64,000 bases of DNA from an uncultured Bacteroidaceae bacterium (GTDB lineage Bacteria; CAIWAD01): assembly GCA_964345075.1 (NCBI GenBank), contig CAYFPS010000015.1, positions 561 through 64,560 of the forward strand, read 5' to 3'. Under the pieces are notes generated by a model. It had not been told where the DNA came from and did no database searches. It saw only the letters and a list, made by a program, of their open reading frames with translations. The first letter of the stretch is position 1. The number at the start of each line of letters is the position of its first letter. The translations under genes were made by a program, and so were the position numbers. Positions 36,922 to 46,634 of this stretch are shown in pieces.

Positions 36922-38123
36922 TTACTCGGCCTGGCAATCCAGCTGCAGATCCGTCAGCTCCGTCTGCTGAGCACTGATCGGCAGGGCCATGAGCTGAGGC
37001 GTGCCGGCGCTCCAGTCCCAGCCATAGCCACCATAGAAGGCATCGATGGGGTGGCATAGGGGTAGCCGTATACAGCCAGATAGATGTCACTGCCTTCCAT
37101 CGCCTGCATGTTCATGCTAAAGGTGCTGGCCGCCTGTGTTACAGGGCTCATTGCCAAAGGCATGCTGGGCTCTTCCGGATCAGCCGAACTCATGGCGATC
37201 ACATAAATGCCGGGATAGTCCATCGGCCAATCACCCGGGAAATTCACCTGACCACTGATACTCAGACCAAGCTCCTGCGGCTCGGGCGTGTGACACATGA
37301 TCTCAATGTTCTCGACAGATGGGCTTTCGATGCTCAGGGGGAGCATGGCAATAGCCGGATTCTCCGCAGCCCAGTCCCAGCCATAGCCACCGAAGAAGGC
37401 GTCCATCGCATCAGCATAGGGATAACCGTAAATGCCCAGATAGACTTCAGCACTCGCCAGCAGATTGGGGCTTAAGGAAAACTGCGGATCCGATTCGGTT
37501 ACCAGCTCCATGGTCAGCGGATTGCTGGGCAATGCGGGATCATCACTGCTCATAAGGACCGCGTAAATGGTAGAGTAGGTGGTGGGCCAGCCAGCGTCAA
37601 AGACAACCGTTCCCGTGATACTCGCCAGGTAGTTTTCTTCATCCGTGGACGGAATGCGGTTCAGCCAGCCATCGAAGTTCAGCTAAAGCAGATCACCAGC
37701 GTTCAGGTGAATCGCATCGGGCAGGCTGTCTCCCACCGCAAGATCACCACCGTATACGCCCAGCACCGGCTCATCCACGCCAAGAGTTCCGCCATTTCGC
37801 CAGCCCACAACAAGGCTGGGGTAATCGTCGGGATTCACGTCCTCGATCAGATAGCTGACCTGATGAACGGTATCCGCGGGCGTCGGGCTGCTCAGGCCTT
37901 CGGTGTGAAACTCCGGAGGTCCCTGGGGCGCGATGGACATGGCCATCTCTTCGTGCCACACGCTGAAAAGCGAGACCTGAATCTCGCCCTCGGCGGGCCA
38001 TTCCCCGTAAAGGGTGACCGTGCCCTGAATTGCGGCAAGGCTGTCGATTTGATCTTCGCTGGACTCACCACAGGACATGACCAGCATGCCTGCAAGACAA
38101 AGGCTAAGGGACAAGGCGCGCAT
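36922..38123 (-). CDS. Lipoprotein with three repeated beta-rich modules; in-frame TAG at 37683-37685 and apparent 1-bp deletion at about 37050
   Basis: Lipobox LVMSC. The frame continues DLL*LNFDGWLNRIP into track ORF 36954-37553. Modules begin (I)xGTV/QV..F..xWP. The repeated YGYPY...DAFxGGYGWDW motif is restored by one added C, ending at TAA 36922 just before the receptor ATG. Confidence 0.7.
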
Positions 38124-38268
38124 AACAGCTCCCGGATTGATGCGACGCTCCCTGCGTCGGCACATGTGAAGGCCCAAACATGCTGAAGAGCAAGTGCTGA
38201 GTTGTCAGAAAATGTTCAAAAGGGGGTCATGCATTTGCTGGATCTTCGTTGAGTGCCCGTCCGCTTCA

Positions 38269-38315
38269 TGCCGAAGTGTCGGCATCAAGCGGTAGCCGTG
38301 CCGATCGGTCGGCAC
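38269..38315. promoter_or_regulatory. Two tandem palindromes TGCCGA-N4-TCGGCA, candidate operators
   Basis: TGCCGA-AGTG-TCGGCA (38269-38284) and TGCCGA-TCGG-TCGGCA (38299-38314), upstream of the lipoprotein/TonB operon. Confidence 0.45.
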
Positions 38316-38439
38316 TATGCCAGGGGCCATTTGCCGACTGCGTCGACAACTGCCCCACTGGCCCTGGTGCCGAGGTCTACAAAGCCAAACGTCAACCAAA
38401 CTGGACAAGCAGCCCTAATGCCATTCGCCCTGCAGGCAT

Positions 38440-38465
38440 AAAAAAGCCCCGACGGTCATCGGGGC
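38440..38465 (-). terminator. Intrinsic terminator after the NYN-CSD gene
   Basis: Minus strand reads GCCCCGA-N6-TCGGGGC followed by TTTTTT. Confidence 0.8.
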
Positions 38466-38491
38466 TTCTTCGTGTGCTGAATTGCAGAGAC

Positions 38492-39517
38492 TTAGTCGTC
38501 CAGGCGAACCCGAGTTGCCGCGCCGGCCTTTTCGTCGGTGGGCTCGCGCACAATGTAGAAGCTGACCGGCTGACCGATCAGATCCTCGGTGAATTCAAGC
38601 CCTTCACCCAGATCCGAGAAATGGAAGAAGTAATCTACGCCCGCCTCGGAAGTGATGAAGCCAAAGCCCTTGTCCAGCTTCAGCGTTTTGATATGGCCGA
38701 AGTAGAGTTCGCTGCTTTCAAGAGCGCGCTCCCGTTCTTCATCAAAGGCGGCCATCTGCTGCTCTCGGGTTTCTTCGTACTTCTCACGGCAATCGTCACA
38801 GTAGAACTTCTGACCGGGACGCGGGTAGTAGGTCGTCCAGACCATCGGATCACCCTCATGGTCGGGGCCCATGCACTCCAGCATGTGCGGCTGGCGCACC
38901 AGCTGAATGCGCTGCACAATTTCGTCGAGCCAGATAGTGTCGAAGTCGGAAACCTGCGTGCGATCCTGCGGCGTGGCAAATTCGGGCGTGCAGGCATTCT
39001 GGATGCTGACGATGGCCGTGCGCCGGCCCATGCGGCGAATCGCACGAATCGACGGCTTGTAATCCCGGTCGCCAATCAGGAAGACGGCAATATCACAGGC
39101 ATCCACATAGGCGTGATGCATGGCGCCAACTGCCAGACTGATCGCCGCCTGACTCTCCCGCGGATGGAAGGGATCGCCGGGATCACGATCGCTGCGTCGA
39201 ATCCGCCGACCCTTGAAGTTCACCGGATAGGTTTCCACATGGTAGAAGAACTCCTCACGCAGGCGCATGTAGAAGTCGCGCTGCCTGAGCGAGAGGGCTT
39301 CATCAAGCGGATCGGCCTTCACGGGATAAGCACCGTACATGTAGCCGCGGACGAACTCGAAGTTCTGGCCCGGCGCCATGTTTGAAAGCTCTTCGATGAT
39401 GACTTCAGGAAGCTTGAGAAAGTCGATCTGGTAGTTTCGCTCATCAGAGAGTTCGATCAATCGACTCATGTTCTGATAAAGCCATGTACCGTCAATAAAC
39501 AGCATGACACGCGCCAT
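38492..39517 (-). CDS. NYN (LabA/DUF88-like) domain, Cys/His-rich linker and C-terminal cold-shock domain
   Basis: MLFIDGTWLY and LIGDRDYKP (NYN); C...H...YCDDC linker; GHIKTLKLDKGFGFI...DYFFHFSDL (RNP1/RNP2 of CSD). GGAGG RBS before ATG 39517. Confidence 0.85.
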   Translation of the reverse strand: MARVMLFIDGTWLYQNMSRLIELSDERNYQIDFLKLPEVIIEELSNMAPGQNFEFVRGYMYGAYPVKADPLDEALSLRQRDFYMRLREEFFYHVETYPVNFKGRRIRRSDRDPGDPFHPRESQAAISLAVGAMHHAYVDACDIAVFLIGDRDYKPSIRAIRRMGRRTAIVSIQNACTPEFATPQDRTQVSDFDTIWLDEIVQRIQLVRQPHMLECMGPDHEGDPMVWTTYYPRPGQKFYCDDCREKYEETREQQMAAFDEERERALESSELYFGHIKTLKLDKGFGFITSEAGVDYFFHFSDLGEGLEFTEDLIGQPVSFYIVREPTDEKAGAATRVRLDD

Positions 39518-39673
39518 GATGCCTCCGTACAATTGCAAAGCCCACATGCAGCCCTTGGTGAGGGGGGTAAAGCGTTTTGTGGCGGCCGCCCGGGGACAAT
39601 GGGTACCTAAATTCTAATCACCAAGATGTTCCAAACGTACTAACTTCAGGCCAAATCAACCACGGAGACCGGC

Positions 39674-40138
39674 ATGCCAGCAAATACACTGCTCTTCGGC
39701 CTGGACAAGCTTGCGATGATGTACCACATGTTCACGGACAGCTTTGAGGAAGCGGACTGGGTCTGGCGCGGTGGCGAACTCCATTCGGCCTGGTGGATTC
39801 TGGGACACCTTAGCCTGAGTCTGCAACAGGCCGCCGGAACACTGCCCGAGTCATCTATCCTGCTGAAGCATTTCGAGTTCGGCGCACCGTCTGAGGAAAA
39901 GACAGCGGAATGGCCTTCTATTGAAGAATTGAAAACCGATCTGGAAAAGGCCTTTGCGGATCTTGAAGCGCATTGGAAGAAGCGCAGCGACGCCGAATGG
40001 AACACGGAACTGAAGGAAAACAGCCTGAAGATGAAAACAGCAGCAGATGCGGCCATGTTCACGCTCGAACACGCTGTGTATCACGTTGGTCAGCTGGGGG
40101 CCATTCGCCGCCTGCGCGGACACAAGGGAATTGTCTGA
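39674..40138 (+). CDS. DinB-family protein
   Basis: SAWWILGHL and EHAVYHVGQL His motifs; about 154 aa. Confidence 0.8.
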   Translation: MPANTLLFGLDKLAMMYHMFTDSFEEADWVWRGGELHSAWWILGHLSLSLQQAAGTLPESSILLKHFEFGAPSEEKTAEWPSIEELKTDLEKAFADLEAHWKKRSDAEWNTELKENSLKMKTAADAAMFTLEHAVYHVGQLGAIRRLRGHKGIV

Positions 40139-43084
40139 TCAGGGTTCAACCGGCGGATCAAGGCAAATCCGGTGACGCGACTGCAACTGCAAGGACGTCG
40201 TAGCGGCTGGAATTCTCAATTGAACCCAGCGTCTTTCACCGGGAGCTGCGAGCGTCACTTCCGTTCCAGGCTGCAGCGCCTGCCAGTCATCCAGCCATTC
40301 TACCAGTGATACATCATCAAACCAGGCCATGGCCGCAGTATCACCGGCGACCAGTTCAAGCCTGACCTGACCAAAGCGCGAGGCCTCCGGTGTTACAAGG
40401 TCCTGCCAGATCAAGGTCCAGTCCTGATTTCCGCTGAGTGGCGGAAGGTCATCCGTCGAGAGTACACCGCTTGTCCGTGTCTCGTAATAGCGCATCTGCA
40501 GATTGGCGCTCGCCGCATCCTGACACTTCACCCAGCCAGCCAGCGTCCAGTCGTGATCGTTTTCGTGGGGCGCACGCGTGATGTAATACACGCGATTATC
40601 GGCGCCGGAGGACAGCTCCTGCTCGATGCTGCGTGTTCCACTGTGCGCCTGGCTTTCCGTGTAGCGTTCGGCGCTGGAATTGATATCCCAGATGTCAGCA
40701 CCCTCATCTTCCATACCGCCCCACCACAGCCGATTGCTGCCTGTGCGCAGCTCGGCTCCAGCCACCATATCAAGCAGCTCAAGCCCGGCCACAAAACCTG
40801 CATCACCCAGATTCACAGGCTGTGATACAAACCAGCCATCGCGCTCTTCCAGTGGAATGGTGTGGATGAAGTACTCGTCCTGCATGGTTAACTGTGCTGT
40901 GTCCATGGCCACCCAGGCCTTTTCACTTCCCGATTGACGAAGAACCCATGTGTCGAAAGGACGGGAGAGTTCGGCCATGTGATCCAGCAGGCGATTGGCC
41001 AGTGAACCGCGGCAGGGCACTGGCAGATCACGATTGATGAAGACCGGATGAATCCAGGCGGCCTTCAGGCCAGTATCATCGGCCTGCACATCCAGCAGGG
41101 CTGTCGGCATGGTTTCCAGATAGCTCAGATCCATCACGAAATTGCCCATGGAGTGGGCAATCAGGCCATCCTGATAGCGCTCGAAGCCCTGAAGAATGTG
41201 AGGATGATGTGTGATCACAAGATCCGCGCCCAGATCGATCGCCTCCTGCCTGATGTTCCGTTCGGCCTGATCCGGCAGCAGGTCACGCCAGCGAATCGGC
41301 TCGATATCAGGGTTAACCGGCCAAGCCTCTTCACTGGCCAGCTGCAGGCCATCAACAACAGGCAATCTGGCAGGTCTGTCTTCTCCGGTAGCCACTTCAG
41401 GCAAGGCGCGCGACTCCGTCGGCTGCGTGCTGTATTCGTTTCCCGAGTGCACCTGTAACACAAGCAGATCGACATTGTCACGAAGCTCGGGAATGGTCAC
41501 ACCCATCCAGGCGCGACTCCACAGTGCAAAGCCCGGCCGTGAAGGACCGGCATCCAGATAGGGCTGATAGTTATTGTAGTTGCCTGTGCGATCGCTTGAC
41601 GCCAGCACACCAACGCTCAGCCCATTCCAGGATTGAATCACCGGGCGTTCGGCCTCGATCGACGTCATTCCGCTGCCCAGCCAGGGGATGCCGCGCTCAT
41701 CCAGACCCTCAATGGTCTCAAGCATGCCCGCTTCCATCCAATCCAGAGTGTGATTGTTGGCCAGTGTTACAAGGTCGACGCCAGCATTCACCACACCGTC
41801 CAGATTCTGTGGAGCGCTCTTGAAGGTGATGCTCTTGGTGGGATGTTCGCTGGTTGCGGTTGTATACGCGCATTCGAGATTGGCCTGCATCAGGTCGACC
41901 GCATGAAACATGACACGCACAGAATCAAAGATGGCGTCAACGCCCTGGGTTTCGATGATTCCACCGGACTCTTCATAAGAGCGTGCTGTCATGATGTCAC
42001 CGGCAAAGCCCATGCGAACAGTGCGCGCAGCAGCGCCGCCATCGAGGAAGACGCTTTCCACACCCCAGAGGCCATTCTGGTCGGTCGTCAGAAGTGTAAT
42101 GGAGTGATCACGACCTGCCAGTAGCTGCAGATCCTGCTCGCGCAAACTGAGAAAGCGGCCATCGCCCGTTGACCACAAGTAGCTGGCACCGGGAATCTCG
42201 TCAGCACTTAGCTGACAGACAAGTGAATCGCCGGATTGTCCCAGAACGTGTATCACGGGGTTGGCCCTGGGTCGAATCGCCTGGAGCGCAGTCAAGTCAC
42301 GCAGTGCATCAAAGCGAACGCTGCCGTTTGTTGCATCACAGTCATTGGCCCAGAGAACTTCGCAGAGCTCAGGTTGATAGCCGAATTTTCCCCGCCAATC
42401 CGCAGCAACCGGCAGAAGCATGCTAACCCACTCGCCCGTGGGGAACCACCCCTGATAACTGCTGATTTCGATCTGGCCGGATTGTCCGGGTGTATCACCG
42501 TATCCACCACGCTCGCCCCAAATGACGTACCAAAGTGTATTCAGGCTGTCAGCGAAGCCGATCATCTGCCTGTCAGCAACCTCTTCGCAATAGGCAGAGA
42601 CCTCAAAGAGCGCCAGACTGTCCAGCAGGCCGCCGCCAAGAAGCTGTCGCTTGACAGTATTACCAAAGAGCCTGAGGCTTGTATCACCTTCTCCGGGGTC
42701 TTCCCTGAAAGCCGTCCAACCATCAGGATCCAGATCTTCACCCTCCACGCTCAGCAGAAGCGGCATGCGCTCAAAGTCTTCCAGCATGGGGCTTTCCGGT
42801 AGCGCGGGGCCATCTATTGCGCGTACACGAAAAAAGACTGGATCGATGTCTTCCGTACTAAGCAGGTAAGTCCATTCTGGACTTTGTGTCACGGCAAGAA
42901 TTTGCCAATCATCCGCCAGTGGATCGGCCGCCTTCTCCACTTGCCAGGCTGTCTGGTACCACGCCGCTTTCCAGGAAAGATGAATACGACCGTTTCCGGC
43001 AGAAGCATCTAGCAGGATCGTCGGCTCGCAGGCTGCCCACAAACTTGTAACAAAGGTGATGGTTGAGAGCAGCTTGATCAGCAT
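40139..43084 (-). CDS. Secreted multidomain CapA (PGA_cap) family metallophosphoesterase
   Basis: AGDIM, NLEC, LANNHTLDW, VHSGNEY, THHPHILQG and HSMGNF. N-terminal FN3-like and PKD-like segments and a C-terminal CBM-like domain. Confidence 0.8.
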   Translation of the reverse strand: MLIKLLSTITFVTSLWAACEPTILLDASAGNGRIHLSWKAAWYQTAWQVEKAADPLADDWQILAVTQSPEWTYLLSTEDIDPVFFRVRAIDGPALPESPMLEDFERMPLLLSVEGEDLDPDGWTAFREDPGEGDTSLRLFGNTVKRQLLGGGLLDSLALFEVSAYCEEVADRQMIGFADSLNTLWYVIWGERGGYGDTPGQSGQIEISSYQGWFPTGEWVSMLLPVAADWRGKFGYQPELCEVLWANDCDATNGSVRFDALRDLTALQAIRPRANPVIHVLGQSGDSLVCQLSADEIPGASYLWSTGDGRFLSLREQDLQLLAGRDHSITLLTTDQNGLWGVESVFLDGGAAARTVRMGFAGDIMTARSYEESGGIIETQGVDAIFDSVRVMFHAVDLMQANLECAYTTATSEHPTKSITFKSAPQNLDGVVNAGVDLVTLANNHTLDWMEAGMLETIEGLDERGIPWLGSGMTSIEAERPVIQSWNGLSVGVLASSDRTGNYNNYQPYLDAGPSRPGFALWSRAWMGVTIPELRDNVDLLVLQVHSGNEYSTQPTESRALPEVATGEDRPARLPVVDGLQLASEEAWPVNPDIEPIRWRDLLPDQAERNIRQEAIDLGADLVITHHPHILQGFERYQDGLIAHSMGNFVMDLSYLETMPTALLDVQADDTGLKAAWIHPVFINRDLPVPCRGSLANRLLDHMAELSRPFDTWVLRQSGSEKAWVAMDTAQLTMQDEYFIHTIPLEERDGWFVSQPVNLGDAGFVAGLELLDMVAGAELRTGSNRLWWGGMEDEGADIWDINSSAERYTESQAHSGTRSIEQELSSGADNRVYYITRAPHENDHDWTLAGWVKCQDAASANLQMRYYETRTSGVLSTDDLPPLSGNQDWTLIWQDLVTPEASRFGQVRLELVAGDTAAMAWFDDVSLVEWLDDWQALQPGTEVTLAAPGERRWVQLRIPAATTSLQLQSRHRICLDPPVEP

Positions 43085-43086
43085 GA

Positions 43087-44868
43087 CTATTTCCTTGTAG
43101 TGCTGGAGGCCGGGCGCCACAGGGGAAGGTCGCCGAAGTGCTTCTTCAGCGCGCGATCACATTTGCGCTCGATTTCTTCTGCATTGCACAGGGCAAGGAT
43201 CTTTGTGGCAAAAGCCCTGCATTCACTGATCTTCAGCGAGCGGATCAGCAGTTTGATTTCAGGGAGCATTACGGGGCTCACCGAAAGTTCGTCGAGCCCC
43301 ATGCCCAGTAGCAGCATGGTGGCCGCTGGATCACTGGCCAGCTCTCCACATAGACCCACCCATTTCCCTGCCTTTTGTCCGGCTTCGACTGTTTGCGCGA
43401 TACTGCGCAGTACTGCCGGATGCAGGCTCTGGTAGCGATTGGAAACTGCATTGTTGTTGCGATCAACTGCCAGCGTATACATGGTCAGGTCGTTCGTTCC
43501 AATCGAGAAGAAGTCAACCCGCTCCGCCAGCCGGTCGGACATGATCACGGCTGAGGGCACTTCGATCATGATGCCGACCTTGATCTTTTCATTGAATTCG
43601 ATCTTCTCCTCGCGCAGCTCCTGCTTGACCTGATCCAGCTGATCCAGCGCTTGTTCCAGCTCGGTCATGCCGGAAATCATGGGAAACATAAGCTGCACAT
43701 TATTGTCGAGCGAGGCTCGCAGAATGGCCCTCAGCTGTGTCTTGAACATGCGCGGTCGATCAAGGCTTACGCGAATCGCCCGCCAGCCAAGAAAGGGATT
43801 TGTCTCACGGGGAAAGACCATACCGCCCGGCTGCTTGTCACCACCAAGATCAAAGGTGCGAATGATCAGGCGCTTGGGTGATACAGCCTTGGCCGCCCGG
43901 CGATACTCGCGGAACTGCACATCTTCGTCCGGCATGGTTTCCGCTGCAAGGAAGAGGTATTCGGTGCGAAAGAGACCGATGCCATCGCCACCGATTCGCT
44001 CGACGTGCTCCAGCTCCATGGGAAGTTCAATATTGCTGGAAAGCTCAATACGATGGCCGTCTTCCGTAATCGCCTGCTCGTTTCGCAGGGGCTCGAGTTT
44101 TTCCATGAAGGCACTGAAGGCGCGGCGTCGACTGGAATACTCCAGCATGGTGGCGCTTTCAGGCTCAACCACCAGCAGACCTGTATTACCATCGAGAATG
44201 CAGGTCTCGCCTTCCTTCAGTTTGTCAAACAGACCCTCCACACCGACAATGGCCGGTACACCCAGGCTGCGACAGAGGATGGCCGTGTGACTGGTCTGAC
44301 TGCCCTTTTCCGTAACCAAACCGATCACGGTGCTCATGTCCAGGCAGGCGGCTTCTGACGGGCTCAGGTCATCGGCAATCAGAATGTGACGGCCTTCCGG
44401 CTGGACTTTACGGCTTTTCGGCCTCCCGCTTTGAATGTTCTCAATCAGGCGCCGACCCACATCTTCAAGATCACTCAGGCGCTGACGGAAGAATTCATCC
44501 TTGACGCTGGAAAAGGCTTTCTGGATTTCCGACATGGCGGTCAGCACCGCGAAGTCTGCATTGACCAGGTCCTGCCGAATGATCTCCCGCGAGCGTTCAG
44601 TCAGCATGGGATCATCCAGCATCAACAGATGGGCTTCAAAGATATTGGCCGAATCCGCTCCCAGCCTGCGGCGAACACGGGCACTCACGCGCTGGATGCC
44701 CTTGCGCGCTTTTTCAATGGCCGCATCGTGACGCTTGATCTCCGCCTCGACCTCGCTCTCCTTGAGGGGTCGGGGCCGCACTGTCAGCCGCTTGCGCGAA
44801 AAGCCGCGCAGCTCTCCGATCACAATGCCGGGGCTTACGCCAATCGCCTGTACCTGAAGCTCTCTCAT
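43087..44868 (-). CDS. ptsI: Phosphoenolpyruvate-protein phosphotransferase (PTS enzyme I)
   Basis: Phospho-His site TSHTAIL, GIGLFRTEYL, RTFDLGGDK, NPFLGWRAIR, FFSIGTNDL and GLCGELA. Confidence 0.96.
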   Translation of the reverse strand: MRELQVQAIGVSPGIVIGELRGFSRKRLTVRPRPLKESEVEAEIKRHDAAIEKARKGIQRVSARVRRRLGADSANIFEAHLLMLDDPMLTERSREIIRQDLVNADFAVLTAMSEIQKAFSSVKDEFFRQRLSDLEDVGRRLIENIQSGRPKSRKVQPEGRHILIADDLSPSEAACLDMSTVIGLVTEKGSQTSHTAILCRSLGVPAIVGVEGLFDKLKEGETCILDGNTGLLVVEPESATMLEYSSRRRAFSAFMEKLEPLRNEQAITEDGHRIELSSNIELPMELEHVERIGGDGIGLFRTEYLFLAAETMPDEDVQFREYRRAAKAVSPKRLIIRTFDLGGDKQPGGMVFPRETNPFLGWRAIRVSLDRPRMFKTQLRAILRASLDNNVQLMFPMISGMTELEQALDQLDQVKQELREEKIEFNEKIKVGIMIEVPSAVIMSDRLAERVDFFSIGTNDLTMYTLAVDRNNNAVSNRYQSLHPAVLRSIAQTVEAGQKAGKWVGLCGELASDPAATMLLLGMGLDELSVSPVMLPEIKLLIRSLKISECRAFATKILALCNAEEIERKCDRALKKHFGDLPLWRPASSTTRK

Positions 44869-44869
44869 G

Positions 44870-45136
44870 CTATTCCTCGTGAAAGCGATCCTTGAAGAGC
44901 TGTGTCAGCTCGGCCAGCATGTCCTCTGCTCCAGCGCCTTCCGCTTCCAGCTTGACCATCGAGCCCTGCTCGGCAGCCAGCATCAGAACGCCCAGAATGG
45001 ACTTGCCATTGATGCGCTGTCCGTCCTTCACAATAAAGAAGTCCGCCGCGTAGCGCGCAGCGATCTTGACGATATGCTGGGCAGGGCGCGCATGGATGCC
45101 CAGCTCGTTTTCGACTTTCAGTTCAATACTTGGCAT
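44870..45136 (-). CDS. ptsH: HPr phosphocarrier
   Basis: LGIHARPA (His15) and NGKSILGV (Ser46). Confidence 0.95.
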   Translation of the reverse strand: MPSIELKVENELGIHARPAQHIVKIAARYAADFFIVKDGQRINGKSILGVLMLAAEQGSMVKLEAEGAGAEDMLAELTQLFKDRFHEE

Positions 45137-45146
45137 GCTTTTCCTG

Positions 45147-45887
45147 TCATGTCATCAACCAGTAAACACATGTAATCAGCAGCAGCACCGGGAAGGCTGC
45201 CCGACGAGAGGGCAGCTGCCAGCTTAGCAGAAAGAGCAGGCAAAGTGCTGCAATCGTTCCAGAAGACTTTACTGCCGGCAGCACTCCGGCAGTCGGCAGC
45301 ATCAGAAGTGCGCCGCCGAACCCTGCCACAAAGGCCAGCAGACGCGGAATTCGCCTGAATGAGCGGCTTTCCGCAAGAAGACGAATGGCTTCGTGTACGC
45401 GCAGCCCCTGCTCGCAGCCTTGCCTGAGAGCGCGATGCCGAAAACGCAGGTGTATCACATTGTAGGCCACGCAAAGCAGAAGCGGCAACCAGACCAGCCA
45501 TCCGGAAGCAGCAAAGGCAGTGCCGCCAAAGGCCAGCGGTAGAAGTGTGATACAAGCCAGCGCTCCCATCAGCGGCTTCAGGCCTGCCCAGAAAATGCGA
45601 TCACCAGATGCGCCAATCGGTGAAATGGCTGCGCGTTTCAGGCGGCTTAGTTTTTCGCCTTCTCCTGTAGCCTCCAGCTCCTGACTGGCCCCCAGCAGAT
45701 ATCCGCAGAGATAGGGATGACCGTTGTAGAATTCAAAGCCGCGCAGCATGGCCGCTTTTCGTGCCTCTTTTTCATCCGGCAAAAGGGGCAGGAGAGACCA
45801 GAGAAAACCAATGTGCTGCATGCCCCGATAGTTCCAGACGGACTGGACAAAGAGGCTGCGCAGGAGGCTTTGGCTTCTGGCCTTCAC
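45147..45887 (-). CDS. PTS mannose/fructose/sorbose-family IID-like subunit
   Basis: QSVWNYRGMQHIGF, FYNGHPYL and PIGASGDRIFW. Probable GTG start overlapping the IIC stop. Confidence 0.8.
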   Translation of the reverse strand: MKARSQSLLRSLFVQSVWNYRGMQHIGFLWSLLPLLPDEKEARKAAMLRGFEFYNGHPYLCGYLLGASQELEATGEGEKLSRLKRAAISPIGASGDRIFWAGLKPLMGALACITLLPLAFGGTAFAASGWLVWLPLLLCVAYNVIHLRFRHRALRQGCEQGLRVHEAIRLLAESRSFRRIPRLLAFVAGFGGALLMLPTAGVLPAVKSSGTIAALCLLFLLSWQLPSRRAAFPVLLLITCVYWLMT

Positions 45888-46600
45888 AGTAGAGTCCCCG
45901 CGATTACCAGACACAGTCCCGCGCCGAATCCGGCCAGCAGGGCCTTTCCGCCCTTGCGGCCACCAGCGTGTCGCCACAGCCCCGCCCAGGCAAGCAGAAA
46001 CAGAACAAAAGGAAAGGCCGGCCTGCTATCCGCCTCGGGCGCGCTTGCTGCAAGGAAGTCAATCATTGCAGGCAAGGTCATTTGCCCAAGCAGGAGCACG
46101 ATCAGTGAGCACAAAAAGGCCAACAAGGCCGTCTGTATTACAGCAAGTGGAACCAGGCGGTTAAGCCGTGACACATCACCATCCAGCACGGCCCCTTCAG
46201 CACGTGGGTGCCAGAAGCGGCCATTGATGCGGCGCTGTAGCTCAGTAAGCCAGGGCGCGAGCCAGGAAAGTCCGAGACCGATCAGGACAAGCAGCGCCAG
46301 CCCTGAATCAAAACTCGATTGTGCAGCGTGATACAAGCCGGATTGCTGACAGAGCCAGGCACCGCCCAGCGCCCAGATTCCTCCCAGTGCAGGGTCAGGG
46401 GGAAGCGTGCTGCCCATGGGCAGCGTGCGAATCAGCGCAAGCTCCAGCACAAGACCAAGCCAGAGCCCTTCAAGCGGGAGGCCGACAAGCCAGCCCAGGA
46501 GCGGAAGCAAAATGACCGGTCTGCCCAGCATGAACTGACCGATCGGCCAGCTCTCCAGATAGACCAGCGTTCCCGCAAGGGCTGCCAGCAGCAAAGACAT
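45884..46600 (-). CDS. PTS mannose-family IIC-like subunit
   Basis: GQFMLGRPVILLPLLGWLVG...GLWLGLVLEL...MGSTLPPD resembles the EIIC-Man N-terminus. Confidence 0.72.
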   Translation of the reverse strand: MSLLLAALAGTLVYLESWPIGQFMLGRPVILLPLLGWLVGLPLEGLWLGLVLELALIRTLPMGSTLPPDPALGGIWALGGAWLCQQSGLYHAAQSSFDSGLALLVLIGLGLSWLAPWLTELQRRINGRFWHPRAEGAVLDGDVSRLNRLVPLAVIQTALLAFLCSLIVLLLGQMTLPAMIDFLAASAPEADSRPAFPFVLFLLAWAGLWRHAGGRKGGKALLAGFGAGLCLVIAGTLL

Positions 46601-46634
46601 CGCTACTCCCGTGCTGGATGCTGCGGTTTGTGAT

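Noticed and set aside
38200-38440. Cobalamin riboswitch upstream of the TonB-receptor operon
   Set aside because: No B12-box or GGGAA/GCCACTG core could be found on the coding strand.
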